From: Selaginella moellendorffii
Lineage: Eukaryota; Plantae; Lycopodiophyta
Direction of reading: 5' to 3'
DNA: 63,868 nt
Assembly: GCF_000143415.4 (NCBI RefSeq)
Contig: NW_003314313.1
Span: 425,759-489,626 of the forward strand
Shown here: piece by piece, positions 23,501 to 35,857 of the stretch
Position numbering within the stretch: position 1 is the stretch's first letter
How the letters are laid out: every line of letters starts with the position of its first letter
The notes under the pieces: model-generated
The model's database searches: none
What the model was told of the DNA's origin: nothing
The model's input: only the letters and a program-made list of their open reading frames with translations
Made by a program: the position numbers and the translations under genes

Positions 23501-26335
23501 AACGACGACTACCTCCAATCCATCTCCAGCAATACTTACTTCTGCCACTGCTTCCTGGCAAGATAGATGTAGACTGGAAATGCGTTCAGTCTCTCACACC
23601 TCCATCAATAGTCTCAGACAACGATGACAAAAGTGTTTTACATTTTGCAAACTATTCGCTGCGAGCTACAGATATCAAAGGAGGACTGATTCTTACAAAG
23701 CATACCAATGAACCAGTTTTTTATTCTCTTTTGGGTGTTCTTAAGGAAACAACCGCGCAAAGCCCGTTTTCCAATCCCAAATATATTACTTATTCCGACT
23801 ACTTCTTGAAAAGGTAAGATTTGTGAGTTCCTTCTTCGTTTCTGATTGTGAGGAGCGACATACAGGCATAATATGAAACTGCAATATCCAGCCCAACCCC
23901 TTCTGAAAGTGAAGATGCTTGGCGATGTGCAAAACTATTTACTGCCACGTTCAACAGACATGCCTGGCAGGTCGCATAGGAAATCGACTATTGAGCTGCC
24001 GCCCGAGCTTTGCATTCTCTTAGAACCAGAACTTGACTACTCCGTTGTGGCGTCCGTAATGGTGCTTCCTTCCGTTATCTACCGGCTAGAATGTCTAAGT
24101 TCTGCTGCACAGCTGACGAAACTCGTGGGCATTCACATGTCTACAACCATGGTAAAATGCTGTTCGCGTTCATATTTTTATTGTGTTCATTTTTCTTTTT
24201 CCCCTGCAGATGTTGATGGCACTGACTTCTGCAAGCTGTAATGAAGGCTTTTCTCTCGAGAGACTCGAGTTTTTAGGCGATTCATTCCTCAAATTTGCAC
24301 TGAGCTTGCACTTGGTCTCTGAATATCCGGAACAACAAGAAGGCTTTCTTTCACAAAAGCGTCAAGAGCAGATCTCTAACAGCAATTTGCACAGGCTTGG
24401 TGTACAAAGAGGATTGGTGGTAAGCATGCAATAATATGTTTCTAGTCTCTTAAACAGAACTTACAGACGTACATGAGAGACGGGCAGTTTGAGCCGAAGG
24501 ATTGGATTGCACCGGTCCCTTGCTCTTCTTTGGCCAGTCACGAAAAGCTTTTAGGACGGAAGTTATGTGACAAAGGTCATCGTTGGCTGCGAAGAAAATC
24601 GGTTGCAGATGTAATGGAGGCCATCATCGGTGCATACATTACTGAAAACTCCGCTGATGCTGCCTATCACTTCATGACCTGGGCAGGATTTAAGCTGGTT
24701 GACAGGTGTTTAGTACCTGTGTTCTCATGCCAAGCTTCTGAAGTTGACGATATCTGCAATCTGGAAAAGATAATCGGCTATACCTTTCGGAACAAATGCT
24801 TCCTTGTTGAAGCGTTCACTCATGCTTCTTCCAGCGTTCGATCGTATCAGGTAAACAAGTAACTTTTGGAGCTGGACTAACACTGCTTAGTTGTCAGCGG
24901 CTGGAGTATTTAGGCGATGCTGTCCTGGATTACCTCATTGTTCTTCATCTTTATGCGAGCTATCCCAGCTTGCAACCGGGACTTCTCAATGATCTCAAGG
25001 TTGCTACAGTGAACAATGTTTGGTTCGCTTTCGTTGCTGTGCGCCACAACTTTCACAAGTATCTGCGTCACAAGCTTAAAGAGATTGACGAGTATCTTCT
25101 GAACAAAAATGTGCAATGTTTCGAGGATTGGCAGCTTGAGCAACCGCCAAAGGTCAGTCTCTGAGCTTTAAAAGTTTGTCCTCCTCTTGACGCTTGTCTC
25201 TTTTTCTTTTGCAGTGTCTCAGTGATTTAGTGGAATCTCTCGCGGGAGCTTTGTTATTTGATACGGGTGGTAATCTGGAACTAGTGTGGAGCGTATTGGA
25301 GCCCCTTCTGCGCCCGGTTGCCAGTCCCGAGACCTTGGCACTTCACCCAGTCCGAGAGCTTCAGGAGCTATGCCAGCTGAAAGAAATTTCAGCTCCAAGC
25401 TACAACGTTGGAACTTGCTCGGTGACATTGGCAGACGGAGGCATAGTCACAGGACAAGGCTCCGGAGGAGCAAACAAAAAGCTTCTCAAGAACCAGTCTT
25501 CTGCCGATGCCTTGGGAAAACTGAAGGTAATAACAAGTTATGCTCCGAAAACGTTACAGTTTTTTGTTTATATTCAGGCTTTGGGATTTCAACACCCACG
25601 GCACGAACTCCTTCATGCTATTCGGGCCGAGACACACATAGAGGCCTCAACGGTCATCATAAACAACGGTTTGAACTTCAGTGTCCCCGTCGTTACACAG
25701 TGCATGGAATCGGAGCTTGCATCCTTCGTACCACCAATGTCGAGCTCGAGTTCTTCTACAGAATCGGATCTATTTCGGCAGCAAAGTCTTCCAGACCATG
25801 ACTTGCCTTCCGATTTAGAACTTGTCGACACTGAACACGAGTCAGATGTTCTAGCAGCATCACTTGCGGAAGAGTTTGGTCTCGACGATGATCTCCTCGA
25901 GAAGCTTTGCAGTGCTACAGCTTCGTCTACTGTTCCTCCTAGACACGGTAAAAGCTATTTCATGTTTCTATCCTTACGATTTGTGTTTTCTTTCCAGAAG
26001 GTGGTGGCAGTGATTCTTTTGTTGCTGGAGCTCCACGAGCAGAGCTTCAAATTCTCTGCCAAAAGAGACGGTGGTCGGATCCCGAGTACATTATTTGCGA
26101 GGAGAGTGGTCCTCCGCACAAGAAACAGTAAGAAAAGAAAAGAAAAGAATGAAACTCCTAATCCTGCTGATTGTTGTTTTTTTTTTCATCTTGTAGCTTT
26201 GCTTTGGCTGTGACAATCAGTCTTCCAATCGATGGACCCGTGACATTTTATGGAGAGCCCCAGCGAGACATGAAGCGGGCCAAAGACTCGGCAGCCAACG
26301 CCGCCATCGCTTATTTGAAAAAGCTCCTTTCATGA
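20591..26335 (+). CDS. DCL4: Full-length Dicer-like protein, DCL2/DCL4 clade, most DCL4-like (DExD/H helicase, helicase C, DUF283, PAZ, RNase IIIa, RNase IIIb, two dsRBDs)
   Basis: LETGCGKT, ICVFLAPTV, DECHH, GMTASPIVGKG, EEGLDIQSC, QSRGRAR, SSVSLLHQYC (DUF283), PAZ region, ERLEFLGDSFLK, KGHRWLRRKSVADVMEAIIGA, QRLEYLGDAVLD, HPVRELQELCQ, APRAELQILCQKRRW. Exons join in frame where traced. Confidence 0.88.
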
Positions 26336-26512
26336 TTTCTTGCGGCATCATCCAGTGGCTACAAGGTGAGACGAAAATACTTCTAGATGACTATATGGCT
26401 GATTTTCTCTTCTTCTTTCTCCCTTGGAGTTGGATGTGGCCTCGTTTGATACAATCTAGTGATCACGTCCTCCGGTAAGCTAATCTTTCATCGCAATGAG
26501 TTTAATGAGTTA

Positions 26513-27643
26513 CGTTCTTGCAAAGACGAAGGCGCCACTGCTGTTGCTACAAATCTTCTTCCCCTGCCTCCGGAGTTCTTGGATTTTCTTCTCGGGCAGA
26601 TTGTGGATCCGCGCGTCTACCACGCGGCTCAAACGCTGCGTTACTTCAGGTACTAGAACTCGGGATTCCTTTTCTTTGTTTAATTGGATTGCCAGAGTAA
26701 AGCCGCGGGGAGTTAGCGAAAGAACTTGGGATCAAAATCGAGCCTGTTTCTTGGCTATGTTTCCAGTGTTTTCACTGGCATCGTCCAGGGCCTACAAGTC
26801 TGGAAAGGTGAGAAAATATGAAAAATAAAATAAAAAAATCGAGAACTCTTGTTTGTTTCATTTTCGACAGATTTACGGTATGGATGCGGCCTCCGGGGCT
26901 GCTGTTGCAGCACCTGATATACAATCCGGTGATCACGTGCGCAGCTCCTGGTAAGCGAAGCTTTCATTGCAGTTTATGGGAGTTCTTTCAACTTGAGGTT
27001 TTGGTGTGGGGGCTGGAATACTAACAGGAGTTGATATTTCTCGCCATCGCCTAGCAGCCTGTCGGACCATGCTCCAAAAGTATGAGTTCGGTAGCCGAGC
27101 GAGGCTTTTCCTTTTCCGACGGGACGACGTTCTCCATCCTGCCAGCAAAAAAAGCACTGCAATCCAGTGTCCTTGAGAGACAACCACGTACGTATTCGCT
27201 CCTGTTCTTTCTTACAAGTGAAACTTTGTGCTTGCGTCTTCAGATCAGTCCTGTTCTTATCTCTTGAAGGGAGATTGGAGACCGCCTAAAGCTGTCTCTC
27301 AAGAAAAGGCGAAGGCGGCAGTGGCTCTGGGATTGTAGGAAGAGAATTGCGGAGTTTCCTTGCACCAGGCACGGCCGATGCCGCTCTTGTCGATGGCTAC
27401 AGGTGAGTTCTTAAGCAGTTTCTTCTTGCAACGCATCCTTCCTGATGCGGGTTAAGCTACACACTTCTTTTGTTTCGTTTCTCTTGTGATTTGAGGGCTA
27501 TATGTTGCAGAGGTGAGACAGATCAAATCTGCCATGTCCTGGCCATGCACAATGACCGGCTTGCTTGCGCGTTTCCAACACCAAACGCCAGTTTGTCGCT
27601 AAAATCACCAAGGAACGAATGCCATACGAGCAAATCTTTATGA
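26513..27643 (+). pseudogene. NOL1/NOP2/Sun RNA m5C methyltransferase pseudogene (unit 1)
   Basis: Homologous to 52076-53824 but lacks the start codon, has several deletions and lacks the DAECTHDGS exon. Confidence 0.85.
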
Positions 27644-27776
27644 TCAGAATCTCGCACTTCTCTACCTTCGCGAGTGTACAGTGCCCCTATGTCCAAAATG
27701 GACAGTAAAGCCCGAGCACACTCTTCAAGAAAGACGAAAATTACGCGTATGGTTGTAAGATCCGCTGCTAATACTA

Positions 27777-28055
27777 AGGTCAGCTTTGATAATTGTCGTT
27801 TCACAATGTCAGGGTGGTGTCGTGTGTTCTCGTCGTTTGCATTTTCACGAGCTTTCCGGTCGATCTAGGAGACACCTTACAGCGCTCTACATTCCCAACC
27901 ATAGGCGGGACAAGTTTTAGGAGCCTTGATCGTCCTCGACACATACGAACCCACTATCTGATTCGGCAATCTCGAGCCCATTGTGATCACTGCTGAGGGA
28001 CTAACCATCAAAGCGCGTACCTGTGACGAGTTGACGAGCTTATCTCTTGGATAGA
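27777..28055 (-). pseudogene. 3' fragment of the LisH-domain gene (unit 1)
   Basis: Matches 53990-54350 with deletions. Confidence 0.75.
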
Positions 28056-28401
28056 TGCTCTCTCATGAATTTAATAAGGAAAAGATGATAACGGTATCAT
28101 GGATGTTTCATACGCAGCTTCGATCTGTCAGAATCTACGACATTAGGGTCCTAGGGTTTCACTGTTTCGTCCAGCTTCAATCGGCTCAGATCAATCGACT
28201 CAAGCTCCAAACGTAGCCGAATCTGCGCAGGTAACGAAGATCGATTTTCTATCATTAATGTAGCTGGAAAATCTTAGCTATCAGACATTTCTATTCGAGA
28301 AAATTGTGTGACTGGAAGCTTGTCGAAAGCTACACACGACTGGGTTTCTATCAGATAAATTACATCCAGTTCCTCCTACTAGGATCTCCAATACTGCCTC
28401 A

Positions 28402-31400
28402 ATGACTTCAGGTGTGTTGAATCCACTAACGTTTTCTTGAAGTAATCACACTATATTAGATTCAGATGACATGGATATGTATGAGACGATCATACCTGAT
28501 GTTTTCCAAGGACAGTTGGGTGTGTTTTCTGAAAATCTGACCTTCCACACCTACGTGCTTTCCTTTAGCTCCAGTGACGACAGGTTCTCCTATCGTAACT
28601 TTGCGCTGTTCTTGTCATCAAAGCTGGATGCCTCCCTCGAAAATGAAACCTTCGAACTGGATTTGGGACGTGGAAGAAATGTTGTGGTTCGGCTTGGCTC
28701 GATGCAAAATATCAGCTTAGACAGTGACAAGGTAAGGATTTTGTCGCTTTTGTGGATAATGTTTTGACTTATGCTCTGCTTTTCAAGGTTGCTGCCGTAA
28801 ATCAGTTCTACGAAAATGTTTTCGCTACTTTATGGCGACGATGGCCTCATCTCCAGCCATACTTCCTTCTGCCGCTGCTTCCTGGAAAGATAAATGTTTT
28901 GGATGTGGACTGGAATTGCGTTCAGTCTCTCACACCTCCATCAATGGTCTCAGACAGCGATGACAAAAGTGTTTTACATTTTGCGAACTATTCGCTGCGA
29001 GCTACAGATATCAAAGGAGGATTGATTCTTACAAAGCATACCAATGAACCAGTTTTTCATTCTCTTTTGGGTGTTCTTAAAGAAACAACCGCGCAAAGCC
29101 CGTTTTCCAATCCCAAATATAGTACTTATTCCGACTACTTCTTGAAAAGGTAAGATTTGTGAGTTCCTTCTTCGTTTCTGATTGTGAGGAGCGACTTATA
29201 GGCATAATATGAAACTGCAATATCCAGCCCAACCCCTTCTGAAAGTGAAGATGCTTGGCGATGTGCAAAACTATTTACTGCCACGTTCAACAGACATGCC
29301 TGGCACGTCGCATAGGAAATCGACTATTGAGCTGCCGCCCGAGCTTTGCATTCTCTTAGAACCAGAACTTGACTACTCCGTTGTGGCGTCCGTAATGGTG
29401 CTTCCTTCCGTTATCTACCGGCTAGAATGTCTAAGTGCTGCTGCACAGCTGACGAAACTCGTGGGCATCCACATCTCTACAACCATGGTAAAATGCTGTT
29501 CGCGTTCATATTTTTATTGTTTTCATTTTTCTTTTTTCCCTGCAGATGTTGATGGCACTGACTTCTGCAAGCTGTAATGAAGGCTTTTCTCTCGAGAGAC
29601 TCGAGTTTTTAGGCGATTCATTCCTCAAATTTGCACTGAGCTTGCACTTGGTCTCTGAATATCCGGAAGAACAAGAAGGCTTTCTTACTCAAAAGCGTCA
29701 AGAGCAGATCTCTAACAGCAATTTGCACAGGTTTGGTGTACAAAGAGGATTGGTGGTAAGCATGCAATAATATGTTTCTAGTCTCTTAAACAGAACTTAC
29801 AGACGTACATGAGAGACGGGCAGTTTGAGCCGAAGGATTGGATTGCACCGGTCCCTTGCTCTTCTTTGGCCAGTCACGAAAAGCTTTTAGGACGGAAGTT
29901 CTGTGACAAAGGTCATCGTTGGCTGCGAAGAAAATCGGTTGCAGATGTAATGGAGGCCATCATCGGTGCATACATTACTGACAACTCCGCTGATGCTGCC
30001 TATCACTTCATGACCTGGGCAGGATTTAAGCTGGTTGACAGGTGTTTAGTACCTGTGTTCTCATGCCAAGCTTCTGAAGTTGACGATATCTGCAATCTGG
30101 AAAAGATAATCGGCTATACCTTTCGGAACAAATGCTTCCTTGTTGAAGCGTTCACTCATGCTTCTTCCAGCGTTCAATCGTATCAGGTAAACAAGTAACT
30201 TTTGGAGCTGGACTAACACTGGTTAGTTGTCAGCGGCTGGAGTATTTAGGCGATGCTGTCCTGGATTACCTTATTGTTCTTCATCTTTATGCTAGCTATC
30301 CCAGCTTGCAACCGGGACTTCTCAGTGATCTCAAGGCTGCTACAGTAAACAACGTTTGGTTCGCTTTCGTTGCTGTGCGCCACAACTTTCACAAGTATCT
30401 GCGTCACAACCATAAGAAAGAGATTGACGAGTATCTTCTGAACAAAAATGTGCAATGTTTCTTGGACTGGCAGCTTGAGCAACCGCCAAAGGTCAGTCTC
30501 TGAGCTTTTAAAGTTTGTCCTCCTCTTGACGCTTGTCTCTTTTTCTTTTGCAGTGTCTCAGTGATTTAGTGGAATCTCTCGCGGGAGCTTTGTTATTTGA
30601 CACGGGTGGTAATCTGGAACTAGTGTGGAGCATATTGGAGCCTCTTCTGCGCCCGATTGCCAGTCCCGAGAGCTTGGCACTTCACCCAGTCCGAGAGCTT
30701 CAGGAGCTATGCCAGCTGAAAGAAATTTCAGCTCCAAGCTACAACGTTGGAACTTGCTCGGTGACATTGGCAGACGGAGGCTTAGTCACAGGACAAGGCT
30801 CCGGAGGAGCAAACAAAAGGCTTCTCAAGAAGCAGTCTTCTGTCGATGCCTTGAAAAGACTGAAGGTAATAACAAGTTCTGCTCCGAAAACGTTACAGTT
30901 TTTCTTTTGTATTCAGGCTTTGGGATTTCAACATCCACGGCACGAACTCCTTCGTGCTATTCGGGCCGAGACACACATAGAGGCCTCAAAGGTCATCATA
31001 AACAACGGTTTGAACTTCAGTGTCCCCGTCATTAAGTGCATGGAATCGGAGCTTGAACCCTTCGTACCACCAGTGGCGAGCTCGAGTTCTTCTGCAGAAT
31101 CAGATCTATCTCGGCAGGAAAGTCTTGCTCCAGACCATGACTTGCCTTCCGATTTAGAACCTGGCAACACTGAACACGAGTCAGATGTTCTAGCAGCATC
31201 ACTTGCGGAAGAGTTTGGTCTCGACGATGCAACTAGTCATCTCCTCGAGCAGCATTGCAGTGCTACAGCTTCGTCGACTGTTCCTCCTAGACACGGTTAA
31301 AGCTACTTCATGTTTCTTTCCTTAAGATTTGTTTTTGCTTTCCAGAGGGTGGTGGCATTGATTCTTACATTGTTGGAGCTCCAAGAGCAGAGCTTCAAAT

Positions 31401-31676
31401 TCTCTGTCAGAAGCGACGGTGGTCGGATCCCGAGTACATTATTTCGGAGGAGACTGGTCCTCCTCACATGAGACAGTAAGAAAAGAACAGTATGAAACTC
31501 GTAATCCTGCTCATTGATGATTTTCTTCGTCTTGTAGATACATTTTGGCTGTGAAAATCAGTCTTCCAATCCATGGACCCGTGACATTTTATGGAGAGCC
31601 CCAGCGAGATGTAAAGCGTGCCAAAGACTCGGCAGCCAACGCCGCCATCGCTTATTTTAAAACGCTCCTTTTATGA
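28402..31676 (+). CDS. Helicase-less Dicer-like paralog (PAZ, RNase IIIa, RNase IIIb, two dsRBDs), apparently intact
   Basis: Paralog of the 3' part of the full-length gene. First ATG of the spliced leader at 28402 (MTS|DDMDMYE), alternative ATG at 28471. Both RNase III signatures kept, splice sites kept, all indels versus copy 1 are multiples of 3, stop at the homologous position. Confidence 0.7.
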
Positions 31677-31935
31677 TGAGTTCAAAGTCGTCAAAGGTAA
31701 ACGTTTTTTTTCTTTGTATTCTTTACGGCGATCGATTCATTTCTTTGCGGCATCATCCAGTTACAAGGTGAGACGAAAATACTTCTAGATGACTATATGG
31801 CTGAATTTTCTCTTTTTCTCTCTCCCCTTAGAGTTGGATGTGGCCTCGTTTGATACAATCTGGTGATCGTTAAGCTAAGCTTTCATCGCAACGGTTTAAT
31901 GAGTTCCGTGACAATAGTTTGATCTTTCGTGAGCA

Positions 31936-33373
31936 ATCGCGTGAATTGAGGTAGCGCCAGCCGCCGCGAGCGACCCATTCTCTTGCAAAGACCAAGGCGC
32001 CACGCCAAATCTTCTTCCCTGCCTCCGGAGTTCGTGGATTTTCTTCTTGGGCAGAATGTGGATCATCGCGTCTACCATACGTCAAACGCTGCCGCTTTAC
32101 TTCAGGTACTAGAACTCGGGATTCCTTTCCTTTGCTTGATTGGATTGCCAGAGTAAAGCCGAGTGCCAGTTAGCGAAAGAACTTGGGATCAAATTCGAGC
32201 CTGTTTCTTGGCTACCCGGATTTTTCCAGTGTTCATCCCAAGCGTCACCAGTGCCTACAATTCTGGACAGGTGAGAAAAAATGATACAGAAAAAAGAAAA
32301 CTTCGAGAACTCTTGTTTGTTCTTGTGGTCGACAGATTTACGGTATGGATGTGGCCTCCGGGGCTGCTGTTGCAGCACTTGATGTGATCACGTCCTCGAC
32401 GTCTGCGCAGTTCTTGGTAACCGAAGCTTTCATTGCAGTTTATGGGAGTTCTTTCAACTTGTAGGTCCGAAACTATCATGATGGCAGAGGTTTTAGGTGT
32501 GGGGGCTGGAACGGTAGCCGAGCGAGGGTGTTCCTTGCCGACGGGAGGACGTTCTCCATCCTGGCAGTTAAAAAAGCATAGCAATCCAGTTTCCTTGAGA
32601 AACAACCATGTACGTATTCGATCCTGTTCTTTCTTACAAGTGAAACTTTGTGCTTGCGTCTTCGGACCAGTCCTGTTCTTATCTCTTGATACTCACTGAT
32701 TGGAGACCTCCTAAATCGAAAAGGGAGCTGTCTCTCAAGAACTGGCGAAGATGGCAGTGGCTCTGGGATTGTAGGAAGAGAATTGAGGAGTGTCCTTGCA
32801 CCAGGCACGGGCTAAGGCTCGCTTTGTGTTGTTTACGAATGCTTGGTGGTTTTCTCCACAGGTGCTCGTGGATGCCGAGTGTACTCACGATGGCTCGCTG
32901 AAGCACATCTGCAAGTTTGAGCAGTGGGGATGGAAAACCTCCGAGAAACGGTTTTTCAACTCGGAACGCATATCTACAATCACTAATCTTCAGGTATCGA
33001 GTCATCTAGTTTCGTGTTGGTCCTTGACATCTTGGAAGTGTAGCTAGCAACGGCTTCAGACTGTTGAAGCAGGGTGGGACACTCGTTTACAGCACTTGCA
33101 GTTTGCTTTTCAGTTCCTTTCCTTCAGGGATTGTAAAACCATGGATCGTCACGATCAAAACGAGGGAGTTCCTAAGCAGTTTCTTGCAACGCGTCCTTCC
33201 TGACACTTCTTTTGCTTCCTTTCTCTTGTGATTTGACACTGGGGCTACGTGTAGAGGTCAGAGAGATAAGTCTGCCAAGTCCTGGCCATGCACAATGACC
33301 GGCTTGTGCTTGCGGGTTTCGCCAGTTCGCTAAAATCACCAAGGAACGAATGCCATACGAGCAAATCTTATAA
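31936..33373 (+). pseudogene. NOL1/NOP2/Sun m5C methyltransferase pseudogene (unit 2)
   Basis: ATG changed to ATC, with in-frame stops and deletions relative to 52076-53824. Confidence 0.85.
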
Positions 33374-35857
33374 TCAGAACCTCGCAGTCCTCTACCTTAG
33401 CGAGACTGCTAAGGTTCTATTGTTCTAGCTTTAGCATTGTCACCATTGTATGTACTGTGCAGTGCTCTCCAAAATGGACACTAAAGCGCGAGCACTTCGT
33501 GGAAGGAACACTCTTCAAGAAAGAAGAAAATTACGAGTATGGTTGTAAGAAGACATTTTGTCCACTGCCAACACAAAGGGTAAAATTGCCATGCAGAACA
33601 AATTAAATGATGCCTCATATAATGTTGAGTATAATGCATTTCATCCCAAGTGACATGATTTCTTGGATTTTGACAAACAGTCACAATGATAATCACTTCC
33701 AAGTATACCACCACTATTATAGCTTTTAAATTTATAATAATGTATTTTTTTTATCACATGATCACTTGCTGCAAACCAATCAAAATGACACATGTTAATA
33801 TCATCAATTCATATAAATTTAAAATATCGGATTTAATTCCCAATATCACAGGTGCTAAGAATATCTGGACAACTATCTCAATAAAATAAAGGGAAAATTA
33901 TATAAAAGCCCCTTAAAATTTTTAAAATTGCCAAAAAAAAAAAAAAAACCATAGGATAACCACAAAGCAAAATCTAAACCCTCTGAACTTTTAGATATTG
34001 CAAAATACTTCTAATATTACATTTATAACTAGAAATTGATACAGTTATGACCATAACACCCACAATAAAATTCATTTTTGTCATTCTTGAGATTTTCAAT
34101 ATGAATGGATTTCTTTTTTTCTATAGTAGGATTTCTCCCGAAGGCAATAAGATCTTACTGTTGCTCCAGCACTCTATGCCCAACTTGATTTTGATGATGA
34201 GCATGAGGGGTTATTCTGGAAGTGTCATTGGTGCTGTTTTGGCAGCAAATCTTCTAAGTCTAAAGATCTTATTGCTTACAAGAACATCTCAAGCAAACAT
34301 GAATCTCAAGTAAATATTAAATCATACTTAGGAAAGAATGAACAAACTTTAGCTCTATCTAAATTGGCCTTTTGAAACTTCAATTTTCCCTATAATAAAG
34401 TATAGAAAACAGTTTTATCCACTTCATCTTGATAAATTTTCACTTAACAGAGGAAGTAGACATGTACATGCTTTTGTGGTTGCATAAGAGGGGTATTTAA
34501 TCTTCTTCATAATTGGCCTTTTTACAGTGTGGGTAGGTGGTCTCCTTGGATTTTGGTTTGGTCATTGTGAATGAAATAGACTGCTGTATTTTCTACCCTT
34601 TTACGAATTGCACACCATAAGATTTAAGTTCCTGGTGGAAAAATCACTTGGTGAGATGTTATGGCAGCTCTCACTAATAATATCTTGAATCAAGCTGAAT
34701 CATTCATATACTTCAAAGATGTGTCTGGCTCCTATTGGTCCACATGTAATATTAGTGTGGAAAAAACACAAGCATAGGATATATCATGAATATCCATTCC
34801 TTATGCCATGGATGAGGCTTCATGCCCATAGCAATGGCCTATGCTATATGTGGATCCATTTATGGCCTCATAGACCGATTCATCCCATGCATTCAAACAA
34901 GTTGTTAATGTTGCAAACCAAATGGACAATTGACCAAATTACATACTATACTGCTTTGTCTAGAGCATTATATTCTCACCTCTTACTCTTGTTGCTCATG
35001 GCAAAAGAACCAAATTATCATTTTTTGGCACACTTCTTTTAACATTGTGTTCAAAGCAAGTGTAACTAAACTCCATCTAGCTCCATTGCAAATTTGTGGA
35101 CATATATTGTTTAGAGTCATGTCTCTAATGCATCCTATTGAGTTTATCCTTTGTTGCCATTGATTTGCAATCTAGCTCTCTCAACACTTTAGTTTCACAT
35201 CATGATACTTAGAAAGATTTGCATATGACTCAAAATAGCTTGAACATAAGGAATCATTATAAATGTTTTAGCAGGGATTTAGGTGACCTACTAGTTGCTT
35301 ATATTGTAATAGAAGGGACCTTCTTGTACTAGTTGCTTATAGCAAAATAACTAGACTATAGCACTTTTTTCTATATAGCAACACCTTTGTAGATGGTCCC
35401 AGGTTAATGATGTTTAACCACTCACTCCATGCTCATGTTCTTGATCATAGCCAACCAATTCCATGAATTGGTGGGGCTCATATTTGGATTGTGTACTATG
35501 GAAGGGTGTGTAGTGTTGATGTCTGGACCTAGAATTCTCCCAAGAGCAGCATGCTGAAGGAGATTTGACAATATGGATGTTGCAATTGTATGTAGTAACA
35601 TTTAGATGAGAAGAGTTAATGAAGAGATAAATGTTTTATATTTTGTATCTTCCCAAGTAGAGCAAAAGAAAAAAGTATAGGCAAAATGGAATTACACTTA
35701 AGTTTAGGGATCCAAAGAAAAATGACTTGACCTAGGCAATGCTCATCATAGACAAGTGTTAAGTAATTAGGAATGGATATAAAATCATGTAATATATAAG
35801 TAACACTTAGACATGTTGGAAAAAAACTCCCGCTCACTATTGTATGCATTTGCATTG

